Translations under genes and position numbers: made by a program
Notes under the pieces: model-generated
What the model saw: only the letters and a program-made list of their open reading frames with translations
Databases searched by the model: none
What the model was told of the DNA's origin: nothing
Origin: Opitutia bacterium
Lineage (GTDB): Bacteria; Verrucomicrobiota; Verrucomicrobiia; Opitutales; T3Sed10-336
Direction: 5' to 3'
Length of the DNA stretch: 64,000 nucleotides
NCBI GenBank assembly: GCA_003558065.1
Contig: PWMU01000050.1
Coordinates: forward strand, 11,656 to 75,655
In this document: in pieces, positions 1 to 8,817 of the stretch
Numbering within the stretch: the first letter of the stretch is position 1
Layout: each line of letters opens with the position of its first letter

Positions 1-680
1 CCCAGACCGTTGCCAAGTCCATCGAGGATCGCATCAGGCAGCACCTTCGGGCCTTCATGAAGAATGGCTGCGAGTAAGGCCGTGGTCAGTACCCCGGCGA
101 TTTCGGCGTTGGAGATACCGTCCTCGCTGGTGCCGACTTCGTTAAGTATAATCTCGGGAATGTGCAGATCCGTTCGGGTCGCGTCGCCCCCGATCGGGAA
201 GTAGCTTACGTTGACAGTAATATCCCGCAGCACAACTTCGTGGATGATGAATTTCCGGCGCGATTCCGGATCGCTTCGCTCCTGAAACGCCTTAATGTTA
301 TCGAGAATTGTACCGTAGTTGCTGGAGACGCCTTTGTGTTCCAGGTTTATCTCGATCCCTTCCAGTGTGATTCGCTCGACTTCGACGACCTTATGCAACA
401 GGTCGACGAAGGACAGTTCTCCCTTCCCTTCTTTAAGGCGCAGGAACCATGGAGTACTCTCGAACCCCTCCGGATTGGCGATATCCAGTTGATACAGGTC
501 CAATCTTCCGTCGATCAATTGGACACTGGTGTTGTCAAGGGTGGTGGTCACACCCAGCGAGTCGCCGACATGGGACTCGATCAGCCTCTCTGTTATGCCG
601 TCAATCGCGATCACGATAACAACGGCCATGACAACCAAAGCACCAATGACGGCGCCGATAATGAAGAGCAGCAATTTCAT
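1..680 (-). CDS. Membrane-anchored protein, N-terminal part (AsmA/DUF748-like?); 3' end runs off the window
   Basis: Absent from the ORF track because no stop lies inside the window. ATG at 680..678. I checked every in-frame triplet down to position 3 and found no stop (226 codons). Translation starts MKLLLFIIGAVIGALVVMAVVIVIAIDGITERLIESHVGDSLGV..., one N-terminal TM helix followed by a soluble domain. The opposite-strand track ORF 162..698 has an implausible composition. Confidence 0.6.
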   Translation of the reverse strand, partial: MKLLLFIIGAVIGALVVMAVVIVIAIDGITERLIESHVGDSLGVTTTLDNTSVQLIDGRLDLYQLDIANPEGFESTPWFLRLKEGKGELSFVDLLHKVVEVERITLEGIEINLEHKGVSSNYGTILDNIKAFQERSDPESRRKFIIHEVVLRDITVNVSYFPIGGDATRTDLHIPEIILNEVGTSEDGISNAEIAGVLTTALLAAILHEGPKVLPDAILDGLGNGL

Positions 681-994
681 GACAGGATTCTTTCCTGAAC
701 GGAGCGATCCAGTACCGATTCCGCAGAGAATCTTCAGTGCTTCCCGATCCGATCGTCACCCCGCTATTCTACTCCCGAACATCCTTTGGCGCTATGGGGT
801 ATTCTGCCACCTGTTTGAACGCCCAACCATACAGGCCCCGGGTTCAGCGCCTTTTCTTCCGCTCAGTTCCTATGCTTCACTCCGTAGCGACCCTGCGACT
901 CGCATGAGCCGGTCGAAGGCCACCGAAGATTCGCCCTTCACCCACTCCCCGGCTCCCCGACTCCTCCCCCACGCCACTCGTCCCTTGCCCCGGG

Positions 995-2557
995 TTATTC
1001 CCCGTCGATAGTAGTCACTTTGACCTCTTTGAACATGAACGGATTGTCGCTGAGCCGCAGGGGCTTGCCGCTGGCGGTGGTCACGTTCCTGAGGACGACT
1101 TCCTCGGTTCTGACATACGGGAACTCCTCCACGTAGGACGCGTCGGTGAAGTTGCGGTTGAAGTTGGCGAAGATGGCCGGGCCCTGGTAGTTTTCGGGAT
1201 GCCGCGAGTCGTCGATATGGAGCGTGTCGATCGTGATGCGTTCGGGCATGTAGCAGGTGTAGCCGAAATCGTGTTGCCCTGAATTGGACCCGCCGATCAG
1301 GCTGGCGCTGGCCGGTCTGCCGCGCGAGGGGACAAAGACGCAATCGCGGATGACGAGTTCCCCCTGCCATGTGCTGCCGTAGTCAGAGCGCAAATTGATG
1401 AGGCTCCTGCCGTAGACGGTGGTGTTCTCCAGGATGAAGGTGCCGCTGCCGATGGCATTTATGCCCTGGTGCCCCAGGGTCGAATTACGGATGGTGACAT
1501 TGGCCACACCCATGTGGGCGTCGAACCTGGAAAAGGTGCAATTGTCGAAGACCAGGTTCTTGCAGTAGTTTGAACCCATGATTCCCCAGTACGTGGTATC
1601 GTTGATATCGTTCGTCTGGCTGCAGTTCACGAAGGAGACGTTCAGGGCCCGGGTCAGGGAGAGCCCGTAGCTGCCCATGGAGACCGTGGTGCCCGCCGCG
1701 CCGATGGTTTGGTAGGTTTTGCGGCCGGTCAGGACGGTGTTGCGGACCGTCACGTAGGCGCAATTGCTGATGTTGAGGAACCCGGAATAGGGAGCGCCCT
1801 GTTCCCCTTCGCCGGTGATGCGGTGTTCCAGCCCGTCCACCTCGACATTGGACCGCTGGATCGCGATACCGCGGTTGTAGTAGGTGTATCTCGATTCGGC
1901 GCCGTTGGCGATGGTTGTGAAACGTCCCCCGGTGAGGGTCAGCGCCTCCTCGTCGATAGGGCGGGCGGTGATCTCCGTGACCTGGTCGAAATCCCAGATA
2001 ATCGGCGCATCCATATCCACATGGCCGTCTTTATCCACGATGAAGACGTCCGTTTGGCTGGCGCCCCTGTTGCGGTTCGCCCCAAACCGAATGTAACGCC
2101 TTACGTTGGAGTCGGTGACAGTGACCAGGCAGGGACCGGGCAGCGAAACGTCGATTTTTTCCTGGTTCTTCTTGAGCGACGTTACTCCTTCCAATTTGAA
2201 CGGTCGCCGCTTCGAACTCACCAGGAACACGTGGGCTCCGCGGCTTTCGACCTTGGTATCGTCGATCAGAAAGGCGGCCGTGCCGAAATCGGTGTCGGTC
2301 TGGATGACCGCCGTGCGGTTCCTGCCACTGATGTAGTAGGTGGCCCCGTCGTCGGCCCGTACGGGAAGGCCGTGTTCGTTCGCGAACTCATGGGCCTTGA
2401 CGATGGCATCGATGTCGTCGGCCTCGCCGTCACCCTTAGCTCCGAATTGACTGTAGCGGACGACGTCATCCGCGGGCAAATCGGTTTGTGCCGACAGGAC
2501 CGGTCCCCAAATGCCCATTGCGATAATTGTTATTGCCATGCAGAACCTGGTGAACAT
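995..2557 (-). CDS. Secreted right-handed beta-helix protein (pectate-lyase superfamily / GH28-like)
   Basis: Track ORF 995..2629. The internal ATG at 2557 gives a signal-peptide-like MFTRFCMAITIIAMGIWGPVLSAQ. The motif YSQFGAKGDGEADDIDAIVKAHEFA is the usual opening of Pectate_lyase_3-type beta-helix proteins (from memory). The body has repetitive N/V/T-rich turns. Confidence 0.6.
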   Translation of the reverse strand: MFTRFCMAITIIAMGIWGPVLSAQTDLPADDVVRYSQFGAKGDGEADDIDAIVKAHEFANEHGLPVRADDGATYYISGRNRTAVIQTDTDFGTAAFLIDDTKVESRGAHVFLVSSKRRPFKLEGVTSLKKNQEKIDVSLPGPCLVTVTDSNVRRYIRFGANRNRGASQTDVFIVDKDGHVDMDAPIIWDFDQVTEITARPIDEEALTLTGGRFTTIANGAESRYTYYNRGIAIQRSNVEVDGLEHRITGEGEQGAPYSGFLNISNCAYVTVRNTVLTGRKTYQTIGAAGTTVSMGSYGLSLTRALNVSFVNCSQTNDINDTTYWGIMGSNYCKNLVFDNCTFSRFDAHMGVANVTIRNSTLGHQGINAIGSGTFILENTTVYGRSLINLRSDYGSTWQGELVIRDCVFVPSRGRPASASLIGGSNSGQHDFGYTCYMPERITIDTLHIDDSRHPENYQGPAIFANFNRNFTDASYVEEFPYVRTEEVVLRNVTTASGKPLRLSDNPFMFKEVKVTTIDGE

Positions 2558-2920
2558 CACATCCCGGGATAAGAATTTGCTTTGGGGCGTCTCCGCGAGG
2601 GAAATAGCCGTCAGCGAGCTTGCCGACACCTGTCGGCCTTGCCGATTTCACGGAACGAGCAAGAGCTATCGGCGGATTGGGGTCAAGCGCCGAATTCGGC
2701 TCCCTGGGGCTGCGTCTCAAAGACCGTTGTTTCCCTCCGGTTCCGCTAACGGAGAACGGGGTTTCCATCCCGTTCGTTTCCCGGATGTGGACATCCGGGA
2801 GGCGTGGTCCCGAATTGGGCAAGGGACATCCATGGTTGCCCATCGGACAGGTTCCTAACGAAGTGATTACCGCGAATCCCTATGTCCGATCTCGCCCTTT
2901 CATTTCGCGTTGGGCGACTC

Positions 2921-3002
2921 TGGAGTGCGCGGACATGTCCTGCGCTTTGTCTGGGGTGACATGTCACCCCGATCCAAGGCGGCGTCATGTCGCCGCACTC
3001 CA
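2921..3002. repeat. REP-like palindromic element, copy A (terminal inverted repeats TGGAGTGCGCGGACATG ... CATGTCGCCGCACTCCA)
   Basis: Read directly: tggagtgcgcggacatgtcctgcgctttgtctggggtgacatgtcaccccgatccaaggcggcgtcatgtcgccgcactcca. It shares its termini and the internal CTGGGGTGA(C/G)ATGTC core with copy B at 4812..4868. Intergenic. Confidence 0.6.
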
Positions 3003-3171
3003 GATCTATTTCCCTTTTTCACCTTCCGTCAAACCTTCGTAAATCACAGCGAACTGCGACAGGACGGCTTCCAGGTTTCTTTCGGAGTAAGACCGAACTC
3101 TTCTACAGGAAGAGATCCCCCAAGGCAGGCATAAACAAGCACAAGAAAGACTTCTTTATAGTGCCTAGTCT

Positions 3172-3603
3172 TCAAAAGGTAAGTAATTTCACATCGTCCC
3201 GCATCATCAACGCAGCAACCTCGGGGGGCTGGGCAACATGGACTCCGTCCCATAAGTCTCCTGCTTCCAGGTCTCGCTGGGGAAGAAAAATAGCACAAAC
3301 CTCAACAGTTACGCCGTTGCCCTTTAAATTCTTCAGCAAATCCCGCGGGCTTCGGCCGGCCGGGTCAAAAGTTCGCGATTCCTTCCTATCCGTTGCCAGA
3401 TAACCGGCTTCACCGCAAAGGAGGATTGTCACCTCCGTACCCTGGTTGTGGGCCTGTGTCGTCAGAACCAGAGCCATCATTTGAGTTTCTTGAGATTCCG
3501 TTGAGAGGATGGTCAGCAGTTTCCCTGAAGCACCCGCCACGGACACCGAGGCAAAAAGCAAAAGGGTGACGAGAATCGACTTTCCAATATACCTGTTTTT
3601 CAT
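3172..3603 (-). CDS. Secreted DsrE/DsrF-like family protein
   Basis: 143 aa. Signal peptide MKNRYIGKSILVTLLLFASVSVAGA, then a small DsrE-like core (KLLTILST...MMALVLTTQAHNQGTEVTILLCGEAGYLA). Family call is from memory of the fold family. Confidence 0.5.
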   Translation of the reverse strand: MKNRYIGKSILVTLLLFASVSVAGASGKLLTILSTESQETQMMALVLTTQAHNQGTEVTILLCGEAGYLATDRKESRTFDPAGRSPRDLLKNLKGNGVTVEVCAIFLPQRDLEAGDLWDGVHVAQPPEVAALMMRDDVKLLTF

Positions 3604-3679
3604 GGGACATCACTAAGCTGAAAGGACAATTCCGTCAAATCTCGCGCAGCCTTAGATGTGGTTGAAATTCCGAGATCAC

Positions 3680-3757
3680 TCAAAGTAGGCCCGGATTCGC
3701 GAAAAGCTCCGGCGCCGAATCGTCGGCGTCGGAACGAATGGTGACAGAATAGCTCAA
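3680..3757 (-). pseudogene. Truncated RelE/ParE-type toxin remnant (25 codons)
   Basis: A TTG overlapping the antitoxin stop (cTTTGAgc) opens LSYSVTIRSDADDSAPELFANPGLL*. This resembles the usual MSYxVxIxPEAEADL start of ParE/RelE toxins but stops after 25 codons. Only about 150 nt remain before the next gene. Confidence 0.3.
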
Positions 3758-3955
3758 AGCATCTTCCGGATACGTTCCTGGACAACCTCCCAGGGTTCTC
3801 CTTCCTCCGGATTCTCCAGAAATGCCCGATAACGTTCGTCCAAAAGAGTCCTCTGTTCATTGGTAAGCGGAATCTCCTCCTGGACCTCCGCCAGATCATC
3901 CCACAGGTCGTTGACCAGAAGCAACTTTTCTGAAGCGGATTTCCTCTTTCAACAT
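3754..3955 (-). pseudogene. Addiction-module antitoxin (Unstab_antitox / TIGR02574-like), N-terminus disrupted by a 1-nt frameshift
   Basis: Hand translation of the minus strand gives ...SEKLLLVNDLWDDLAEVQEEIPLTNEQRTLLDERYRAFLENPEEGEPWEVVQERIRKML*, with the stop at 3756..3754. This matches the family pattern LxxxLWDSL...L(S/T)xEQxxxLDxRxxxxxxNPxxGxPWEEVxxRIR (memory). An ATG at 3955 (MLKEEIRF) is in another frame, and removing one A near 3931 would join the two. Alternatively a TTG start at 3924 gives 56 aa. The track ORF 3600..3899 is in a different frame. Confidence 0.45.
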
Positions 3956-4344
3956 TCCAAATCGGTAATCCGAAAACCCCTCTTCGGCAAGCTCAATAAT
4001 CGTCCACAAAGACCGGCGTCACCTGGAAATCTCTCCTCCAAATTCCACCTTGCCCTGTCATTAGTCACAGAAACCGGACCTCCCCTGGCTCCTTCCAATG
4101 ATGAAGCTGCATTCGGGTTCAGCAAACTCACTAAACTCGATCCCGCCGCCGTCCCGACCATAGGAAGACTCCACAGCAGGCCGCCCGGCGGTGACGACCA
4201 TATTTTACAAATAGACGTCTACATGTAAAAAGTCATTTCCTTAGAACCGCCTGAAACAAGATCGCACTTTCGTTTGCGCCTTTAGGCCCGCTCGATTCCT
4301 CAGCCCTCTCGCCCCTTTTCGAACTTCTCTCAGCTCAGGAAGCG

Positions 4345-4731
4345 GTGACGGAGATGGGGACGGAAAAAGGAATGACACATGCAGCAGACATGGAATTAAT
4401 CAGCTTGGCCGAGCTGGAAGAAATTCGTCGGATATGGATGCTTGAAAAACATGAAGTGGAGGATTCGCTCCCAGGGATCTACGAGCGCGCTACGAATGCA
4501 AGATATCCGGGCAAGGAGCTGGGCGAGCACTTGGCACTCGGTCGAGATGAAATGGAGCTTCTAAGGGAAGTATGCGGCGATGATCGCGTTCACTACGAAC
4601 TGACCCGTGAATCGCCGGATGTGGAGCGGCGTCACCGAATGATGTCACGTCGCCGGGGTCTCTTTGCGGCAATTGATGACGCCATAGGGCGAGGATTTTG
4701 CGAGCCTTCTCAAAGGTCCGGTCGAGGGTGA
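4345..4731 (+). pseudogene. Orphan 128-aa ORF resembling only the C-terminal tail of DndC-type (PAPS-reductase-like) DNA phosphorothioation proteins
   Basis: LISLAELEEIRRIWMLEKHEVEDSLPGIYERATNARYP...ELLREVCGDDRVHYELTRE..VERRHRMMSRRRGLFAAIDDAI resembles my memory of the DndC C-terminal region. There is no catalytic N-terminal domain upstream in any frame. The local region has lower GC and is poorly coding. Confidence 0.3.
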
Positions 4732-4733
4732 CT

Positions 4734-4778
4734 AGAAGTTGAAAGGTAAAGGTAAAAGTTGAAAGTGGAATGGGGAAG
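4734..4778. repeat. Purine-rich GAAAG-type repeat block (contains AAGTTGAAAGGT and AAAAGTTGAAAGTGGAA)
   Basis: agaagttgaaaggtaaaggtaaaagttgaaagtggaatggggaag. There are near-identical 12-20-mers at 5315..5354 and a 1-mismatch copy at 21289..21300. Confidence 0.55.
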
Positions 4779-4811
4779 TAACCGCTTTCGTTTGGCCGAC
4801 ATGTCGGCTTT

Positions 4812-4868
4812 TGGAGTGCGGCGGCCTGACGCCGCTTCCCCGCTGGGGTGAGATGTCGCCGCACTCCA
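4812..4868. repeat. REP-like palindromic element, copy B
   Basis: tggagtgcggcggcctgacgccgcttccccgctggggtgagatgtcgccgcactcca. The terminal inverted repeats are TGGAGTGCGGCG / CGCCGCACTCCA. It is preceded by the perfect palindrome gccgacatgtcggc (4795..4808). Confidence 0.6.
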
Positions 4869-4909
4869 GGGGTTTAGCCTCATGCCGACGGACTCCAGGG
4901 GCTGACCAC

Positions 4910-5314
4910 TCAGGGTAGGGTTGATAGCTGGCGAACAATCGGGATGTCGGCATCTGCCAGATCGAGTGTGATGAGTTCCTGTGGCGAAACCCAACGAATG
5001 GCTTCGTGTTCAATGGCACGCGGCACTCCGTCGTTGAGCCGTGCGGAGAAAGGCAGCAGGCGGATGCAGCTGGTGTTGTCGTGATGGACGACTTCGGTCA
5101 ACGGACCCATCACCGAAATAGCCACGCCCAGTTCCTCCCATATCTCCCGCCCAAGCGCCTCCGAGGGCTCCTCTCCGGGTTCCACTTTTCCTCCCGGGAA
5201 CTCCCATTTCCCGGCCAAGGCTTTCCCTTGCGGCCGCCTGGCAACCAGGTAGCGCCCGGATTGATCCGAGATCACAGCACAAACCACACGTAATTCTCCC
5301 TCGATCTCAGCCAT
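4910..5314 (-). CDS. mutT: NUDIX hydrolase, MutT-like
   Basis: Nudix box GGKVEPGEEPSEALGREIWEELGV. The ATG at 5314 (MAEIEGELRVVCAVI...) is preferred over track start 5473, whose extra 53 codons are P/R/S-rich and cover the repeat block. Confidence 0.75.
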   Translation of the reverse strand: MAEIEGELRVVCAVISDQSGRYLVARRPQGKALAGKWEFPGGKVEPGEEPSEALGREIWEELGVAISVMGPLTEVVHHDNTSCIRLLPFSARLNDGVPRAIEHEAIRWVSPQELITLDLADADIPIVRQLSTLP

Positions 5315-5354
5315 GTTTGAAAAGTTGAAAGGTGGAAGTGGAAAACTGGAATTG
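5315..5354. repeat. Purine-rich GAAAG-type repeat block, second copy, abutting the mutT start codon
   Basis: gtttgaaaagttgaaaggtggaagtggaaaactggaattg. It shares AAAAGTTGAAAGGTGGAA with 4755..4772. Confidence 0.55.
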
Positions 5355-5457
5355 CCGTAGGGGCGCGGGGTGAGGGGACCCCGGAGTCGAAGACCGGGTG
5401 AGCCGGTGGATGGGAGGTGGGGGATGGCGCGCTGATGCGGAGCAGAACGAGGGGGGA

Positions 5458-6927
5458 TTACCGGGAGATCCACGGCAGCGTGTCGAAGTGTTTCGAAAGA
5501 TCCTCCACCACCGACGGGTGGTCGTCGGGATCCCGGCGTTGTCCGTGCGGATCGTCCCTGAAATCAAACAGCTCGTACCCCAAGATCTGTTCGTCATCCC
5601 GGTGCATGATCAGCCGCCAATCGTCATTTCGCACGGATGTCTGGCCGTTGCGGAAAAAGGCGAAGGCCGGTTTGACGGAAGGTGTCTTCGGGTCTTTGAG
5701 GCAGGGGCGCAGGCTTACGCCGTGTAATGCCTCCGGCGTCGGAACTCCCGCCAGATCGGTCAGGGTCGGATAAAGGTCGACGGTTTCGATCACAGCGTCC
5801 GCGATTTCGCCCGGCTGTTCGATGCCCGGGTACCGGATCATGAGGGGGGCTTTGAGCGCGATGTCGTAAAGGGAATGCTTTCCCCAGATGCCGTGATGCC
5901 CGAGAGCGAAACCGTGATCGCTCCACACGACCACGATTGTATTGTCATCCAGACCTAGCTGTTCAACCTTCTCCAACACGCGTCCCACCTGGGCGTCGAC
6001 ATAAGACGTTGCCGCCGCATAAGCATGGCGGAGTTGCCGAGCGTACGCCGGGTCGTCATTCGGATGGTCCGGATGCCCCCCGTAATTGACGGACAATTCG
6101 TTGCTTGGATGCCAGCTCGACGGAGCGGCGTGCCGATCCGTATCGTGGGGCTCCGGAATCAGATCCGGATCATTCATCTCATAGTACTTTTTCGGAGCGG
6201 CAAACGGCAGATGGGGCTTGAAGAAGCCGACGGCAAAAAACCAGGATTGCTCGGAGCCGGCCAGTTCCTCGAGAACCTCGATGGCTTCCTCGGCCACCCA
6301 GCCATCAGGATAGGCATTGTCCGGGCCGTCGAACGCTTCCCAGGCGGGAGATCCGGATTCGAACGAATTCCCCCGGTCACGGGGCACCCCATTGGCATAC
6401 CCGTGCATCATATCCTCGGGTGTTGCCCACGGGCTGCCTTCGGGAACCCATGTCCGGTCCCAGGCTCCCGGAAGTTCCTCCGGCTCCGCGGCCCAGCCCT
6501 CGCCCGCCATTCCTCCGGGGTAATGGGTCACCTTGCCCAGCGCGAGCGTGGTGTAGCCGTGTTTTCGGAACCACGCCGGCAGGCTTTGGTTTCCCCAATC
6601 TTCGTGCGTGCGCAGCATCGCGGTATTCGGCAAATGCGCTTGTTCCGTTGGGCGCTTCCCCCTCAGAAGGGCGGCCCGGGAGGGGCCGCAGGAAGGCACC
6701 GCTACATAATGGTGGCTGAACAAACGCCCCGTCTCGGCAAATGCGTCAAGGTGCGGGGTTTTTACGTAATCGACTCCGAGCGTTCCGAGATCGTTGTTCA
6801 GGTCATCGATCGAAAGGAACAAAATATTCGGCCTCGCCTCCGCCGAAAACGGATAGGCCGCGACGCCCGCAAGGACGATAACGGGAAGGATCAAACGGAC
6901 CGGAGTAAAGAAGGGTAAGCGTTTCAT
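5458..6927 (-). CDS. Secreted formylglycine-dependent sulfatase
   Basis: Signal peptide MKRLPFFTPVRLILPVIVLAGVAAYPFSA. Sulfatase signature VPSCGPSRAALLRGKRP (C-x-P-x-R), LSIDDLNNDLG, and WSDHG later in the protein. Confidence 0.85.
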   Translation of the reverse strand: MKRLPFFTPVRLILPVIVLAGVAAYPFSAEARPNILFLSIDDLNNDLGTLGVDYVKTPHLDAFAETGRLFSHHYVAVPSCGPSRAALLRGKRPTEQAHLPNTAMLRTHEDWGNQSLPAWFRKHGYTTLALGKVTHYPGGMAGEGWAAEPEELPGAWDRTWVPEGSPWATPEDMMHGYANGVPRDRGNSFESGSPAWEAFDGPDNAYPDGWVAEEAIEVLEELAGSEQSWFFAVGFFKPHLPFAAPKKYYEMNDPDLIPEPHDTDRHAAPSSWHPSNELSVNYGGHPDHPNDDPAYARQLRHAYAAATSYVDAQVGRVLEKVEQLGLDDNTIVVVWSDHGFALGHHGIWGKHSLYDIALKAPLMIRYPGIEQPGEIADAVIETVDLYPTLTDLAGVPTPEALHGVSLRPCLKDPKTPSVKPAFAFFRNGQTSVRNDDWRLIMHRDDEQILGYELFDFRDDPHGQRRDPDDHPSVVEDLSKHFDTLPWISR

Positions 6928-7301
6928 GATGACAGTTCGGTTGTCGTTAGTGTGAAGGCCGGGGCACCCGCGAATCGCTGCTTCGGGTGTTCCATGTTCA
7001 GGGTAATTCCCCAGATTGCAAACGCGTTCTGGGAAAAGGTAAAAGGGGATGACCGGGATCGGGGAGGGGAGAGAAGGTCGGTGGGCGTCACGGTCTTTTC
7101 ATTTGCAAGCTTTGATCCGCTTTTTTTAACCAAAAATCTCGAATTTCAAATTTACGATCTGAAATGCTTTTTCATGCGGCCTTCAGAGGACAAATGAAAA
7201 AGCCGTGCGGTGGGCGTCTGTTTTGGCGCTTTATCGTTGCTATTTTCCGGATCCGGTACAAAATCGGCTCTGTCATAAACTTGGCAAGAAAGGAGTATCC
7301 C

Positions 7302-8672
7302 ATGTTGCGTTATCTGACTGTGTTTCTGCCGGCCTGGCTGGCAATGGCAGGGCTTCCGTGTGCGCAGGCCGGCGAAGTCCTTGTGCTCCACAACGTCAAC
7401 GTCGTCCCCATGGATGAGGAACGCGTGTTGACCGAGCGTACTGTCACGATCCGGGACGGGATGATCGTTGACATCCGGGCCGCCGATGAGGCGGACCCGC
7501 CCGATGATGCCGAGGTCATCGACGGTTCGGGGAAATACCTGATGCCCGGGCTGGCCGAGATGCACGCGCATGTGCCGGGCGGCGGGCAGCCCGAAGAGTA
7601 CCGTCACGACGTGCTTTTCCTTTACCTCGCCAATGGCGTCACTCTTATTCGCGGGATGCTCGGAGACCCGGTGCACCTCGAAATGCGCGAGCAACTGGCT
7701 GGCGGGGAGTTGCTCGGGCCGCGCCTGATTGCCGCCGACCCCGCCTTCAGCGGACGGATCGCGCCGACGCCGGAACGCGGCGCCGAACTGGCCCGGAAGC
7801 AGAAGGAAGCGGGTTATGATTTCATCAAGGTGGCCTCCGGTTCCCGCGAGGCGTTTGACGCTATGGTCGAGGCAGCGCGGGAGGTCGGCATTGAGTTTTC
7901 CGGCCATGTGCCGGCTGCCGTCGGCGTGCCGCGCGCGCTCGAAGCGAGATACGCCAGTATTGATCATTTGGATGCGTACATGCCGACCCTTGTGGATCCG
8001 GAGGAGACCGCGGACATCGAGGGCGGGTTCTTCGGCTTCCGCCTGGCGCCGTACGTCGAGAAGGAGCGGATTCGTGAAATGGCGCGGCGCACCCGCGAGG
8101 CGGGGGTCTGGAACGTGCCGACCGAGACGCTTATGCACGCGGTTCTGATCTGGGACCTTGATACGATCCGCGACGAACGGCCGGAATTCCGCTACATGCC
8201 GCCGGACATTGTGGACCGGTGGGTCGAGACGGTGCGAAATCGCCGGGAGGACCGCCTCTACGACCGGGAAGCGGCGGAAGCCTTTGTCCAGGTGCGCCTC
8301 GATCTGATCCGTGCGCTTCACGAAGAAGGCGCCGGTTTGCTGCTGGGGTCGGACGCCCCCCAATTTTTTAATGTGCCGGGGTTTTCCATACATCCGGAAA
8401 TGGAGTTGATGGAGCGGGCGGGGCTTTCGCGTTTCGAAGTTCTGAAAATGGGGACGGTGAATCCGGCGGTGTTTTTTCAGGAGGAGGACCGGTTCGGCAG
8501 GGTCGCGGAAGGCATGCGGGCGGACCTGATTCTGCTGGAAGCCAACCCGCTCGAGGACCTGGCGCACGTCCGGCAGGTCGCCGGTGTGATCCGGAGCGGC
8601 AAATGGCTCCCGCGCGAGGAAATCGACCGCCGCCTGGAGGCCATCGCGGAACGCCACGCCGGCGAGGAGTGA
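7302..8672 (+). CDS. Secreted metal-dependent amidohydrolase family protein
   Basis: AAGGAG at 7289..7294, then ATG 7302 (MLRYLTVFLPAWLAMAGLPCAQA signal). HxH metal motif in MPGLAEMHAHVPGG, and a LLLGSDAP motif. The track start 7164 is unlikely. The antisense 580-aa ORF was rejected. Confidence 0.75.
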   Translation: MLRYLTVFLPAWLAMAGLPCAQAGEVLVLHNVNVVPMDEERVLTERTVTIRDGMIVDIRAADEADPPDDAEVIDGSGKYLMPGLAEMHAHVPGGGQPEEYRHDVLFLYLANGVTLIRGMLGDPVHLEMREQLAGGELLGPRLIAADPAFSGRIAPTPERGAELARKQKEAGYDFIKVASGSREAFDAMVEAAREVGIEFSGHVPAAVGVPRALEARYASIDHLDAYMPTLVDPEETADIEGGFFGFRLAPYVEKERIREMARRTREAGVWNVPTETLMHAVLIWDLDTIRDERPEFRYMPPDIVDRWVETVRNRREDRLYDREAAEAFVQVRLDLIRALHEEGAGLLLGSDAPQFFNVPGFSIHPEMELMERAGLSRFEVLKMGTVNPAVFFQEEDRFGRVAEGMRADLILLEANPLEDLAHVRQVAGVIRSGKWLPREEIDRRLEAIAERHAGEE

Positions 8673-8817
8673 GCGAACGGAATGTGCCGGATCGCTTTGT
8701 CGCAGTTTCTGTGGGAGCGGCTTCATCCCGCGATCCAATGTGAACGAAGATACAGCTGGGACCCGGAGCATTTTTCGGCGACCGTCAGGCCCGGCTGTGC
8801 TTCGGCAGCCTGCTTGT

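Noticed and set aside
162-698. 178-aa plus-strand ORF at the window start.
   Set aside because: Its composition is unprotein-like (D/Q/N runs, no motifs). The opposite strand carries a clean TM-anchored open frame.
3600-3899. 99-aa minus-strand ORF.
   Set aside because: It is an arginine-rich frame with no motifs. The neighbouring frame encodes the recognisable antitoxin sequence, so this ORF is a by-product of the decayed region.
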